A stretch of DNA of 64,000 nt from Polyangiales bacterium (GCA_964202905.1 CAXNJO010000006.1:331406-395405), one strand, 5' to 3'; counted from the stretch's first letter, positions 38,539 through 55,292 are shown. Notes: generated by a model from the letters alone, not told the origin. Numbers and translations: made by a program.

Positions 38539-39102
38539 ATGAACCGTCGTCCGCGCCTCCGTCCGCTCCTCCGCCCGCTCCTCGTCGTCGTCGGCCTCGT
38601 CGCGCTCGCGTCCCCGGGCTGCGCCCGCGAGGACGACGGCCTCACCGTCCGTGGGACGCTGCGCGGCGCGCTCGCCGGCGGTGAGAGCGCGTTCGGCTTC
38701 GCGACCGAGACCCGCCTCTACGACGACCGCGTCGCGCCGGGTGACGGCGCCATCGCCGGGCACTGCACGATCCGCGTCGGCCGCGCGGGCGAGCCCGACG
38801 TCGTGTCCATCGGCCTGTCGCGCAGCGGGGCCGTGCCTGCGGGCGATCGCGGCCTGCGCGCGGTCGCCGTGCAGATCGACGACCCGGCCGGGCCGCGCGG
38901 CGTCGCGAGCGCGACCTTCGGCGCGGGCGAGACGTTCGCGGGGGGGCCGGGCGCCGGCTGCGTGATCGCCCTCGACCACGACGCCGAGTCCCGCTATGTC
39001 GCGGTCACCTTCACCGATTGCAGCCTCGCGGGCACCGGCACCGACGTCGCGACGCTCGACGGTGAGCTCGAGTTCGCGGGCTGCGACGTGCGCGTCCCCT
39101 GA
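38539..39102 (+). CDS. Hypothetical lipoprotein
   Basis: RBS gagga; signal peptide ending SPGC. Confidence 0.75.
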   Translation: MNRRPRLRPLLRPLLVVVGLVALASPGCAREDDGLTVRGTLRGALAGGESAFGFATETRLYDDRVAPGDGAIAGHCTIRVGRAGEPDVVSIGLSRSGAVPAGDRGLRAVAVQIDDPAGPRGVASATFGAGETFAGGPGAGCVIALDHDAESRYVAVTFTDCSLAGTGTDVATLDGELEFAGCDVRVP

Positions 39103-39157
39103 GCGCGCGCGCCGGAACGGACGGCCCCCGCGCGTCGGGTCGTGCTAGCGTCGCCGG

Positions 39158-39245
39158 GCTCGCTCGGGGCGCGGTGGTCGCGAGGCCATCGCTGAGAAGC
39201 ACCCGTCGAACCTGATCCGGCTCGCACCGGCGGAGGGAAGCGCAG
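39158..39245 (+). promoter_or_regulatory. TPP riboswitch (THI element)
   Basis: gggg...gctgaga...acccgtcgaacctgatccgg...accggcggagggaagcg directly upstream of thiC. Confidence 0.92.
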
Positions 39246-39329
39246 CGCCGCGGGGACACGCCCGCCCGCCGTCCAGCCCCTCGATCGCGTGCGCGCCGCT
39301 CAGTCAACGCGACTCGCAACGAGGGACCG

Positions 39330-41138
39330 ATGACGACTCAGCACCCGCTCCCGCGCCACGGCGCGTCGAACCCCGGCTCGCGCGGCGAAGGCACGAACCC
39401 CGGCTCCTTCGCGAACGCCCCCGACGTCGGCGGCCCGCGCGCCTACTCCTCGCCCGACACGCCGGGCATGCCGCAGCCCTCCGCGAAGACGGCGTGGGAC
39501 TTCCTCCCGGACGGCTGGTCGACCACGACCGACGCGCTCGGCCGCACCGTCGCCGTCGCCCCCGCGGGCTTCGTGCCCATCACGCAGCTCGAGCACGCGC
39601 GGCTCGGCGTCGTCACGAAGGAGATGGAGCGCGTCGCGGCGCGTGAGCCGCACCTCACGGCCGAGCAGCTGCGCGTCGAGATCGCGGCGGGCCGCACGAT
39701 CATCCCCGCGAACCGCAACCACCTCGCGCAGCGCCTCGACCCGATGGCGATCGGCCGCGCGACGCGCACCAAGATCAACGCGAACATGGGCGCCTCGCCC
39801 GTGTCCTCGTCGCTGGCCGAAGAGGTCGAGAAGCTCCACTTCGCCAAGCGCTGGGGCGCCGACACCGTCATGGATCTCTCGACGGGCGGCGACCTCGACG
39901 CGACGCGCGGCGCGATCGTCGACGCGAGCACGGTGCCCATCGGCACGGTGCCCATCTACGCGATGATCATCGGCCGCAAGATCGAGGACCTCACGAAGGA
40001 GGTCATCCTCGCCGAGCTGCGCCACCAGGCCGCGCAGGGCGTCGACTACTTCACCATCCACGCGGGCGTGCTGCGCGCGCACCTGGCCTTCGTGCAGCGG
40101 CGCCTCATCGGCATCGTCTCGCGCGGCGGCTCGCTCCTCGCGAAGTGGATGCTCGTGCACGGGCAGGAAAACCCGATGTACCAGTGGTTCGACGAGATCT
40201 GCGACATCATGCGCGCGCACGACGTCTCCTTCTCGCTCGGCGACGGCCTGCGCCCCGGCGGCCTCGCCGACGCCTCCGACGCCGCGCAGCTCTCGGAGCT
40301 CTACACGCTCGGCGAGCTCACCGAGCGCGCGTGGCGCAAGGGATGTCAGGTGATGGTCGAGGGCCCGGGCCACGTCCCCTTCGATCAGATCGAGTTCAAC
40401 ATGAAGTTGCAGCGCACCGTGTGTCACGGCGCGCCCTTCTACGTGCTCGGGCCGCTCGTGACGGATGTCTTCCCCGGCTACGACCACATCACCTCGTGCA
40501 TCGGCGCGACGGCGGCCGCCTACCACGGCGCCTCGATGCTCTGCTACGTGACGCCGAAGGAGCACGTCGGCCTCCCCAAGCAGGACGACGTCAAGCAGGG
40601 CTGCATCGCCTACAAGATCGCGGCGCACGCGGCCGACGTCGCGCTCGGCATCCCCGGCACGCGCGACTGGGACGACGACCTCACCAAGGCCCGCGCCGCG
40701 CTCAACTGGGAGAAGCACTTCGAGCTCGCCTTCGACGGCGACGTCGCGCGCGCCTTCCACGACGAGGACCTCGACGTCGACACCGACTTCTGCGGCATGT
40801 GCGGCCACGACTGGTGCTCGGTGCGCATCAGCAAGGAGATCGTCGAGTTCGCGTCGGGCAAGGCCGAGGGCTTCGAGCGCGGCCGCCCCGTCGTCTCCGC
40901 CGCGCTCACGCCCGAGCAGCAGCAGATCCTCGCCCGCCGCGGCGTGCTCCCCGCCGAAGAGCTCCACCGCCTCGCCCGCAAGACGCGCAAGGCCGTCGGC
41001 GCCGACACCGGCAGCAAGGCCGGCTGCCACAGCGACGTCGTCGACGCCGCCTCCGCGCAGCGCGTCCACGAAGAGCGCCTCGAGGCGAAGGTCGTCCCCG
41101 TTCGCGTCGCCCCCACCGACGCGACGCCGGGCGAGTAG
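39330..41138 (+). CDS. thiC: Phosphomethylpyrimidine synthase
   Basis: [45 protein letters not shown]. Confidence 0.97.
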   Translation: MTTQHPLPRHGASNPGSRGEGTNPGSFANAPDVGGPRAYSSPDTPGMPQPSAKTAWDFLPDGWSTTTDALGRTVAVAPAGFVPITQLEHARLGVVTKEMERVAAREPHLTAEQLRVEIAAGRTIIPANRNHLAQRLDPMAIGRATRTKINANMGASPVSSSLAEEVEKLHFAKRWGADTVMDLSTGGDLDATRGAIVDASTVPIGTVPIYAMIIGRKIEDLTKEVILAELRHQAAQGVDYFTIHAGVLRAHLAFVQRRLIGIVSRGGSLLAKWMLVHGQENPMYQWFDEICDIMRAHDVSFSLGDGLRPGGLADASDAAQLSELYTLGELTERAWRKGCQVMVEGPGHVPFDQIEFNMKLQRTVCHGAPFYVLGPLVTDVFPGYDHITSCIGATAAAYHGASMLCYVTPKEHVGLPKQDDVKQGCIAYKIAAHAADVALGIPGTRDWDDDLTKARAALNWEKHFELAFDGDVARAFHDEDLDVDTDFCGMCGHDWCSVRISKEIVEFASGKAEGFERGRPVVSAALTPEQQQILARRGVLPAEELHRLARKTRKAVGADTGSKAGCHSDVVDAASAQRVHEERLEAKVVPVRVAPTDATPGE

Positions 41139-41196
41139 CCGCGCAGCGCAGACGAGCGCGGGGCGGGGCGTCGCGCGCACGTCCCCGCAGCGCGCG

Positions 41197-41760
41197 TCAG
41201 CCCCAGAGATCGGCGAGGTGGATCGCGACGGCGTCGAACGGCTCGATGCGCACGACGTCGTCGTCGCTCCACGTCCCGAGCTCGAGCCAGCGCCCGTCGT
41301 GGAGCCGGCTCGCCGTGAGCGTCCGCGCGTCGGCGTCCACGATCCACATCCAGCCCACGCCGGCTTGCGCGTAGAGCGGCCGCTTCCGCTTCAGATCGTG
41401 GGCGCGCGTCGTCGGGGAGAGCACCTCGCACACCCAATCCGGGGCGAGCGTGATGCTCCCCTCGGGCAGCGCGGGCAGACGCTCCCGGCGCCATCCACCG
41501 AGGTCGGGCACGATCTCCTCGATGTCGAGCGCCGCGAGCGCCACGCCGGGCTCGTCCAGAATCCACCAGCCGCCCGGTCCGCCCCGCCCCCGATCGTACG
41601 GACCGACGAGGTCCCCGCCGAGCCCCGACGCCGCACGCGCATGCCGCGGCCGCGGCCGCGGAAACGTGTGCAATACCCCGACGATCAGCTCGCCGACGAC
41701 GCTCTCCGGCAGCGCCTCCAAATCCGCGCGCGTCGCGCGCTCTCGTGGCGCGTCGGTCAT
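41197..41760 (-). CDS. Uma2 family endonuclease
   Basis: GRGGPGGWWIL, VPDLGGW, PDWVCEVLSP. Confidence 0.92.
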   Translation of the reverse strand: MTDAPRERATRADLEALPESVVGELIVGVLHTFPRPRPRHARAASGLGGDLVGPYDRGRGGPGGWWILDEPGVALAALDIEEIVPDLGGWRRERLPALPEGSITLAPDWVCEVLSPTTRAHDLKRKRPLYAQAGVGWMWIVDADARTLTASRLHDGRWLELGTWSDDDVVRIEPFDAVAIHLADLWG

Positions 41761-41769
41761 GGGGCGACA

Positions 41770-43565
41770 CTAGCAGGGGAGGCGTGTCGACGGGGATGGG
41801 CGGGGAGCATGCCGGGAACCAGAGAGCGCAGCGTGTTCATTCACGCGCTTCCGTGCGCGACGTGGGCGCGCTCGCGTCCGCGTCATCTCGGGCTCGAAGA
41901 GCCCGAGCCCGAAGTGGCTCGCGTAGCCGAGCGCCAGCGGCCCGCGCACGGCCTCCCCGAACGTGAGGCGCAGGTGGTAGCCGACCCGCTGCGGCGGCTG
42001 TCGTTGCGGGTCCAGGCGCTCGCGTCGGTGCGTGCGGTAGCGCGGTGAGGGTGTGGGGAGGCCCGCCGCGTCGACCCACGTCGGCTGCCGCGCGTCGTCC
42101 AGCACCTCGACCTCGACCTGCACGTCGTCGACGCCCTCGAAGCCGCGGCTCGCGAGCTCGGCGCGCACCTGGCCCGCGAGGTCGTTCCGACCGCGGCGCT
42201 TGAGATGGCGAGGCGGCACGAAGGGCGTCGAGGAGACCCAGCGCGCCGACGCGGCGACGACCGGGACCGTCTTCGCCAGTTCGGCGAGCTCGGCCTGGCG
42301 CGCCTTCGCTCCCGCGTGGAGATCGCCCGCGAGTCCGACGAGCGTGACGAAGTAGGTGTGGTTCTTCGTGTAGCTCGACGTCACCGTCCTCAGCGCGTGG
42401 AGCGCGTCGGCGTCGAAGCCGCCCTTGCAGTGGACGAGCACGTGGTCGATCCGCCGCTCCTCCCGCCCGCTGGCGTCGCGTGCGCCGCCGGCGTCGAGCG
42501 CGAGCGGCAGGAGCTCGGCGTGGCGGTGGCCCGCGTCACGCGCGTTGTGCCCGTCGCGCGGAGCCCCCGTGAAGCACCAGGAGCTCCCGTGCCCGGTGTC
42601 CGAGCGCTTCACGAGCGCGTCGTGGAGGCTCTCCAGCCGCAGCAACGCATCGGAGAACGAAGGCAGCCGGTTGCCGTGGCGCGTGTCGGAAGCCAGCGCC
42701 AGCAGCGCGAGCGTCGGCGACTCCCGCGTGCTCCGCGCGCTGCCCACCGGACTCCGCGCCGAGAGGGCCTCGGCCGGGCGCCAGTACGACAGCCATCGAC
42801 TCCCGGGCGGCTGACTCCAGCCGAAGCTCCGCAGGTCGCCCGTTTCGACCTGCAGCGCCTCCACGAGCGTCGTTGGATAGGGCGCCTCGAGGCGCGCCTC
42901 GTCCTTGGCAGAGAGCTTCGTGGGCGCCTTCTTCCCCTTCGCGGCCGCTGCGAGCCTGGCCTTCTCGCGCGAGACGTCGCGCGCGCGGCCGAGCTCGCCG
43001 TCTCTCCAGGCCGCGTAGGCGTCCGCGTCGGTGGGCGCGAGCAGCGGGATCCGCTCGTGGCCGAGGACGGGCACATCGCTGACCGCGCAGCGCATCCGAC
43101 CACGCTCGCGGGTCTCGTCGACGCGGCGCAGCTCGGCCCACGACTCCGCGCGCCCGAGGTACGCGACGCCGCCCGCGAGCTGCTCGACGAGCGCGAGGCT
43201 CGCGTCGTCGAGCGCGACGTCCCACACGATCCCGAGCTCGCTCGTGCGCCCCACATCCGCGAACGCGTCGAGGATCTTGTCGCTGCGGACCTTGCGCCCC
43301 TCGTTGGCCGGCATGTAGTGCCGCGTGTGCGCAGCGCTCGCGGGCGGGAGCCAGTACGTCGGCGGGCTGGCCGCGAGCTGCTCGAAGAGCCTGCGCGCGT
43401 CGGGCGGTGGCTCGCGCCAGGCGAGCTTCGTGAAGCCCGCCGCGAGGAGCGCGCGGAGCACGCGCCACGGGCTCGGCGGCCACTCGACGACGCCTTCGTT
43501 GACGTGCCTGCCCCACGGCGTCGCGTGGTAGCGCCCCGTGAGGAAGTTCGCTTCGAGGCGCAGCA

Positions 43566-43566
<1 letters not shown>
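41770..43566 (-). CDS. csb2: Type I-G (I-U) Cas5-Cas6 fusion Csb2
   Basis: GRYHATPWGRHVNEG..EWPPSPWR, YLGRAESW, WVSSTPF, GPLALGYASHFGLGLF (Cas6 G-loop). Confidence 0.93.
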
Positions 43567-49422
<5,856 letters not shown>

Positions 49423-49456
49423 CGAATCTCCGTCAGCATGCCGAGCGACTGCGCAA

Positions 49457-49478
49457 AGGAGGTGGAGGGCCACCTCCT
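49457..49478. promoter_or_regulatory. Perfect 9-bp inverted repeat upstream of cas3 (operator or RNA hairpin)
   Basis: aggaggtgg-aggg-ccacctcct, 35 bp upstream of the cas3 ATG. Confidence 0.4.
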
Positions 49479-49599
49479 ACCCGAAGACGCCCACCTCAGG
49501 GGATGACGATCGCCCTGCGAGGCGTGCGCATGCGTGCCCAGACGCGCCGCGCCCCGCCCGGCTGACAGCGCGCCTCGCGTTCACCACCGAGCGACGGGC

Positions 49600-50971
49600 T
49601 CATCCCGCTGCCCGCGCCCGCGCGATCTCGCGGAGCGTCATCGGGCCGCGCAGCAGGCTCAGGGCCCAGCGCGGCTGCAGGAGCGTGAGCGCGTTGCGGC
49701 CCGCGGTGCGCACCACGAACCAGCGCGGGGCGATCTTCTGGACGAGCTGGTCGACGTCGCCGCGGCGCTTCTCGCCGAGGCCCTCGATCACGCGGGCGCG
49801 GTCGGCGTCGGTCTGCAGGCGGCCGAGCATCCACGTGCCGGCGTTGCCGAGCGCGCGGTAGTCGAGGTCCATCGGGTTCTGCGTCGCGAGGAGGCAGCCC
49901 ACGCCGAAGGCGCGCGCCTGCTTCATCAGCGCGACGAGCGGGCGCTTGGTCGGCGGCGCGTGCGGGTGCGGCGGCAGGTAGCCGTACACCTCGTCGAACA
50001 CGATCAGCGCGCGCAGGCGCCCGGTGCCCGGCAGCGAGCGCACCCACGCGAGCGCCTCCTCGAGCACCACGCCGAGGGCGAGCATGCGCTCGTCCTCCCC
50101 GAGGTGCGCGACGCTCACCACCGTCGCCGGGGTGCGCCCCGCGACGGGCGCCATCCAGCGGCCCACGTCGAGGTCCTGGCCCTGCCGCCAGCGCGCGAGC
50201 GTGCTCGACGGCGATGAGCGTGTTGAGGTCCGCCGCGAGCTCCGCGCGCGCCTTCGCGCCGAGGTAGGCGTCGACGGGGAGCGCGCCGAGCTCCGCGAAG
50301 GGCGGCTCGATCACGTCGGGCAGCAGCGCGGCGAGGTCCGCCGGCTGCCTCGCCGCGTGGCGCCGCTCGGCGATGGCCGTGAGCAGGGCGTGCGCGCGGC
50401 TCTGCGCCGGGTCCGCGTCGCGGCCCATCAGGCGCAGCACCATCGAGACGGCGGCCTCGAGCGTGGCGCGCGCGCCGTCGACGTCGTGGTCCCAGCGCGG
50501 CGAGCGGCGCTCGAGCGCGCTCAGCAGGTGCAGCGGCTCGCCCGCGTCGCTGCCGGGCGTGATCACGCGGACGTGCGTGCGCGCGCAGTAGCCCGCGAGG
50601 TCGCGCGCCGTGATCTCCCAGCGCGTGAGCTCCTCCCGGCGCCGCGCCGCGAAGGCCGCGACGAGCGGCGGGTCGGCGACGCCGTCCTCGTCCCCGCGCG
50701 CGGCCTCGACCCACGGCGCGAGCGGCGCGGCGTCGAAGCCGGGGAAGGCGAGCGCGAGGTTGGCGAGGTCGCCCTTCACGTCGAGTAGCAGCACGGGCAC
50801 GCCCGCGCGCAGCGCCTCCTCGACGAGCACGGTGACGAGCCCCGTCTTGCCCGAGCCCGTCATGCCGACGACCACGCCGTGCGTGACGAGCTCGTCGCCG
50901 TCGAGGGTGAAGTCGCCCTGCGCCGCGCCCCGCACGGTGCGCCGCGCGCCGAGGCGCAAGGGGAGGGGCAC
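49600..50971 (-). pseudogene. HerA/FtsK-superfamily ATPase (DUF87/DUF853-like), frameshift near 50210
   Basis: THGVVVGMTGSGKT (Walker A), LDVKGD; second frame FDEVYG (Walker B), KQARAFGVG..LATQNP.DLDY. Confidence 0.85.
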
Positions 50972-51775
50972 TCAGCTCCCCGGTCGGGCCGGGTCAGCGG
51001 GCGCGCCCGGCGTGTCGCCGCGCGGATCGACGAAGGGCGTCGGGTCGTCGACGCCCGGGCCGCCGCCGCCGCCGCCGCCACTGCCGCCGTTGCCGCCACT
51101 GCCGTTGCGACGCTCCGCGAGGCCCATGCGGATCAGGTAGTCGCGGCGCTTGATGGTCAGGCGCGCGATCTCGCTCCACTCCGTGTACCAGTCGCGCAGC
51201 GCGAGGAGCGTCTCGAGGTACTCGGGGCCGTCGCGGAAGTCGGGCGGCAGCGCCTCGGCCGCGCGCTTGGCGTCCTGCACGAGCCCCCGGAGGCGCCTGC
51301 GCTCGGCCGCGTCGAGCCCGCGCCGGGCCAGCGTCTCGAGCGCCGCGCGCCCCGCGTCGTCGTCCTCTTCCGCGTCGAGCCGGTCGAGCAGGGCGGCGAC
51401 GTTCAGCACGGCGCCCGGCCCCTCGACGGGCGCGAGGCCCGCGAGCACGCGCGCGCGCACCTCCGGGTGCCGCGTCAGCCCCGCGGCGACGAGCTTCAGG
51501 CCCGACTCGTCCCAGTTGTCGAGCTCGGCGACGGCGAGCGCGCCCTCGTTCTTCTCGCGGCGCTCCTCGGCCGGGTCGCCGATGAGCGTCTGCACGAGCG
51601 CCCAGCCGCGCCGGTGCTCGGCCGCGTCGTAGCCGCGCGCGCTCATCAGCGTGAAGGGCCCCGGCGAGGTGCCGAGCGCGATGAGCATGTCGAGCGCGCG
51701 CTGCGTGGTCTGCTCCAAGGTCTCGAGCGAGACCCCCGCCGACGCGAGGGTCCGCCGCTTCTTCTGGTTCGCCAT
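50972..51775 (-). CDS. Hypothetical helical protein abutting the ATPase gene
   Basis: MANQKKRR..., ARGY..EH..GW, ELDNWDE, DWYTEWSEIAR...RRDYLIRMGL; stop is directly adjacent to the ATPase GTG. Confidence 0.8.
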   Translation of the reverse strand: MANQKKRRTLASAGVSLETLEQTTQRALDMLIALGTSPGPFTLMSARGYDAAEHRRGWALVQTLIGDPAEERREKNEGALAVAELDNWDESGLKLVAAGLTRHPEVRARVLAGLAPVEGPGAVLNVAALLDRLDAEEDDDAGRAALETLARRGLDAAERRRLRGLVQDAKRAAEALPPDFRDGPEYLETLLALRDWYTEWSEIARLTIKRRDYLIRMGLAERRNGSGGNGGSGGGGGGGPGVDDPTPFVDPRGDTPGAPADPARPGS

Positions 51776-51975
51776 CCACAACCCCCTTCCCGAAAGGTCC
51801 AAGGCGACGGCGCCGATGCCATCGCAGCGGAGAAACGCTCCGACACCACGCTGCCCGATGTCAAGCGCGAACGTCGGCGCGCGCACGTCGCGCACGAACG
51901 GGGCGCAGCGGTCGCGGGGAGGCCTGCTGGGCGCGTCGCCGGGCCGCCGGACGCGCCCGGGTCGGCCTGCCGGTC

Positions 51976-52190
51976 CGCCCCGGCAGGCTCCCTGGAGGCG
52001 CCGGCAGGCATCGTCCACCGCCCCGGCAGGCTCGCCGGAGGCGCCGGCAGGCATCGTCCCCCGCCCCGGCAGGCTCCCCGGAGGCGCCGGCAGGCATCGT
52101 CCCCCGCCCCGGCAGGCTCCCCGGAGGCGCCGGCAGGCTTCCCCGCGGCGCCGGCAGGTTGCGTTCCACGCCCCGGCAGGCTTCCCGGCG
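51976..52190. repeat. 43-bp tandem repeat (two ccggcagg-containing half-units), about 5 copies
   Basis: cgccccggcaggctccccggaggcgccggcaggcatcgtcccc units at 51976, 52019, 52062 and 52105, then degenerate. Confidence 0.9.
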
Positions 52191-52294
52191 GCTGCCTCGC
52201 GCCGGGGGGCGCGGCCAGTGGCTTCGAGGCCGGCTCCAGAGGGACCGAGGGGCACGCGGGCGCGACTTCGCGATTTCGCGTTACCCTCTCCCCC

Positions 52295-52882
52295 ATGGCC
52301 GCCGACGCTGCACGCAAGCTCGCGACGTACGCGGAGCTCCTCGACGCGCCGCCCGATCGGATCGCGGAGCTCATCCACGGCGCGCTCGAAGTGCATCCCC
52401 GGCCGGCCGGGCCGCACACGCGCGTCGCCTCGGGGCTCGGGATCGAGCTCGGTGGGCCGTTCGATCGGGGCCGCGGCGGGCCCGGTGGCTGGATCCTGCT
52501 GTATGAGCCTGAGCTTCACCTCGGCCCGAACGTCCTCGTCCCCGACCTCGCGGCCTGGCGTCGTACGCGGCTCCCCGAGGTGCCGACCGCGGCGTTCTTC
52601 GAGGTGGTGCCCGATTGGGTGTGCGAGGTGCTGTCGCCGTCGAGCGAGTTTCGCGACCGCGGGCCGAAGCTCGAGATCTACGCCGAGCACGGGGTCGGCC
52701 ACGCGTGGCTCGTGGACCCGGCGGCGCGGATGCTCGAGGTCTACCGGCTCGAGCGCGGCAAGTGGCTGAGGCTCGGCGTCCATGGCGCGGAGGACGTCGC
52801 GCACCCCGAGCCCTTCGACGCGGTGCCGCTCGAGCTCAAGCACCTGTGGGATGCGCTGCCGCCGGTCGCGCCGTCGACGTAG
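52295..52882 (+). CDS. Uma2 family endonuclease
   Basis: GRGGPGGWILL, VPDLAAW, PDWVCEVLSP, GVGHAWLVDP. Confidence 0.92.
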   Translation: MAADAARKLATYAELLDAPPDRIAELIHGALEVHPRPAGPHTRVASGLGIELGGPFDRGRGGPGGWILLYEPELHLGPNVLVPDLAAWRRTRLPEVPTAAFFEVVPDWVCEVLSPSSEFRDRGPKLEIYAEHGVGHAWLVDPAARMLEVYRLERGKWLRLGVHGAEDVAHPEPFDAVPLELKHLWDALPPVAPST

Positions 52883-52944
52883 CGCGCCTCACGCGCCGGC
52901 CGGGCGCGTGAGGCGCATCTTGCTGGGCGTCGCGGCGGCGAACG
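52799..52944 (+). repeat. 146-bp direct repeat copy 1 (Uma2 3' end + downstream hairpin)
   Basis: Matches 55566-55711 with roughly ten mismatches. Confidence 0.9.
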
Positions 52945-53039
52945 GGGCGCGTCGCCGTCGCGACGCTGAGCGCGGAGCGGCGTATGTTTTCTCCGGTAGA
53001 TTTCTGCATGAGGTCTCCATGAACACCCCCGCCCAGCCC

Positions 53040-53370
53040 GCGCTCGAGCCCGGCCGCGCCGAGCGGCGGCGCGAACGAGCCAGAGCCGGTGCACTCGGCG
53101 GCGAGCGCAGAGATGCGCACGCGGCCGAGCCCACCGCGACCGCCAGGCGCGCCGAGCGCAGAGCCGCGCACGCCACCGACGGCGGTCACGCCGCCGTCGT
53201 TTCGAAGCGTGGGCGCGGACGAGTAGATGACGCCGCCGGAGCCGCCGCCGCCGCCCGGGTTCTGCCGCGAGGGGAGGCCGTTGCCGCCGTTGCCGCCGTT
53301 CGCGCGCACCTCGCCGCTCGCGGCGATGGTGATGCGCGTGGCGCTGGCGATGCGCAGCGCGCCGCCGCTA
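53040..53370 (-). pseudogene. Fragment of a Gly-rich surface protein gene
   Basis: GSGGALRI...ANGGNGG...GGGGGSGGVIY...GGRGGLGRVRI; no own start. Confidence 0.55.
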
Positions 53371-53685
53371 CCCGAGCTTCTTCACCTCGTCGACGCACGC
53401 GCGCACCGACGCCGGCTCCGAGAGCTCGCACGCGACCGGGGTGGACTCGCCCTTGAAGTCCTTGCACGCCTCTGCGGCCTTCTCACGCGTGCGCGCGGCC
53501 GCGACGATGCGCGCGCCTCGCAGCGAGAGCACTCGCGCGCTCTCCTGCCCGAGGCCGGAGTTGACGCCCGTAATGAGGACCGTCTTGCCGCTGAGATCGA
53601 GCCCGGCGGTCACCTCCTCCGCAGTCGAGGCATAGCCGAAGCCGCTCGCACCGCGGCGCCCTTTGATCAGCGAGACCAGGGACAT
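53368..53685 (-). pseudogene. Truncated SDR (retinol-dehydrogenase-like) 5' fragment
   Basis: SGFGYASTAEEV..DLSGKTVLITGVNSGLG; stops after 105 aa, before any YxxxK. Confidence 0.8.
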
Positions 53686-53768
53686 GCGGCGGACCCTGGT
53701 GTTGCCGATCGGTGGGCGCAAGCGTCGAGCACGCGACGCCATCTCAAGACTTGACGGGCCGTTTCATC

Positions 53769-55247
53769 CTAGAGCTCGCGGCAGATCTCCGGCAAGCAGC
53801 TGAGCGTCGGCGTCGCGCACGTGAGCGCGGCGGGGCACTCGTCGGAGAAGAGGCAGGGGTCGCCCTCGGCGGGCGCGTCGCGACACTCGAGCCCGCCGCT
53901 CGGGCCGAGGCCGCAGACGCCCGCGCACTCGTTGCCGACGCTGCACGGTGAGCCCGTCGGCAGATCGGCCGTGCAGCTGCCGGGGCCGCAGTGGAAGCCG
54001 GCGGCGCACGAGCGGTCGCTCTCGCAATAGCCACCCTCCGTGCGCGGGACGATGCAGAGGCTGCCTGCCGGCGAGAAGTCGCAGCCGAGCCCAGCGGCGC
54101 AGCGGTTGTCGAGTGCGCACGGCGCGCCCTCGGCGGGGAGGGCGCCGCACGTGCCGTCGATGCAGCCGAGTCCGTCGGCGCAGAGGGATGGGCCGAGCTC
54201 GCCCATCGCGCAGGGCTGCCCGCTCGTCGGCAGCGCGGCGCAGTCGCCGGCCGTGTCGCAGCCGAGTCCGACGTCGCAGAGCACGCCGCGGCCGCACGCC
54301 ACGCCGACGGTCGGTCGCGCGATGCACAGCTTCGAGGTGTCGTCGCAGTAGAGGCTCGCCTGGCAGTCGCCGTCCTGAACGCACACGGCCCCAGCGCTCA
54401 GGCGCGGCAAGCAGCTGCGCGCGCCGCCGCACTCGCTGCGGTTGCCGCAGTCGGTCGAGCTCGCGCACGCCGAAGTGCTCGGCGCTGCGCACGCGGAAGC
54501 CGTGCACGTGAGCCCGATCGCGCACTCGCTCGCATCGGTGCAGCTCGCGCCCGCGATGCCGAGCGCGCGGCATGCGCCGCCCGTACAGCGGAGCGGCGGC
54601 GCGCAGTCGAGATCGGCTGCGCACGTCGCCGCGGCGTCGAGGAGCGCCGTGCACACCCCTCCGTTGCACGCGAGCCCCGTCGCGCAGCTGAACATGTCGC
54701 CGCACGTCGCGCCCACCTCGCCCCGCGGCACGCAGGTGCCACTGACGCATGCGCCCGAGCCGCCCGCGCAATAGGGCGTCGCGCACGCGTCGTCGAGCCC
54801 GACGGGCTCGATCGCGAAGGGCGCGCAGACCGCGAACATGATCGCGCCATCCGGCCGCGCGCACGGGAGCGTCCTCGCTCGGAGGGTCTCGAGGCAGGCA
54901 GACGCAGCGCCCGCGCTGAGCTGCGCGCCTGCCGTGATGAAGGGCTGCCACGCGCCCACGCACTTGGCCGACCAGCGGGTCACGCACGCGGCATGGTCGA
55001 GCGCGCCGCCGGGGACCATCGCGCCACAGCCGCAGTCCGCCGCCGACGTGCAGACGAAGTCGGCGAGCGGCCCGCAGAAGTCGCGGGCGAGCTCGCCCGG
55101 GGTCGCGCTCGCGTCGGGCGCGGCATCGAGCGCTCCGGCATCCACGGGCCCCCCGTCGCGGGCGGGTGAGGCGTCGTCGTCGCCGCAAGCGGCGAGTGAC
55201 ATCGAGAGCGACAGCGAGAGGATCAGAGAGGCGGGTACCGTGCGCAC
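53769..55247 (-). CDS. Cys-rich repeat lipoprotein
   Basis: Lipobox LAAC; many GxxC...C..GLxC repeats. Confidence 0.85.
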   Translation of the reverse strand: MRTVPASLILSLSLSMSLAACGDDDASPARDGGPVDAGALDAAPDASATPGELARDFCGPLADFVCTSAADCGCGAMVPGGALDHAACVTRWSAKCVGAWQPFITAGAQLSAGAASACLETLRARTLPCARPDGAIMFAVCAPFAIEPVGLDDACATPYCAGGSGACVSGTCVPRGEVGATCGDMFSCATGLACNGGVCTALLDAAATCAADLDCAPPLRCTGGACRALGIAGASCTDASECAIGLTCTASACAAPSTSACASSTDCGNRSECGGARSCLPRLSAGAVCVQDGDCQASLYCDDTSKLCIARPTVGVACGRGVLCDVGLGCDTAGDCAALPTSGQPCAMGELGPSLCADGLGCIDGTCGALPAEGAPCALDNRCAAGLGCDFSPAGSLCIVPRTEGGYCESDRSCAAGFHCGPGSCTADLPTGSPCSVGNECAGVCGLGPSGGLECRDAPAEGDPCLFSDECPAALTCATPTLSCLPEICREL

Positions 55248-55292
55248 GGCCGCAGGTGTGAACGCCCGGCGCGCGCGCGCAAGCCCAGATTC

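Noticed and set aside
41197..41760. cas4 downstream of csb2
   Set aside because: Lacks the four Fe-S cysteines and is clearly paralogous to the other Uma2 genes.
51976..52190. CRISPR array for the I-G operon
   Set aside because: Units are contiguous near-identical tandem repeats with no unique spacers.
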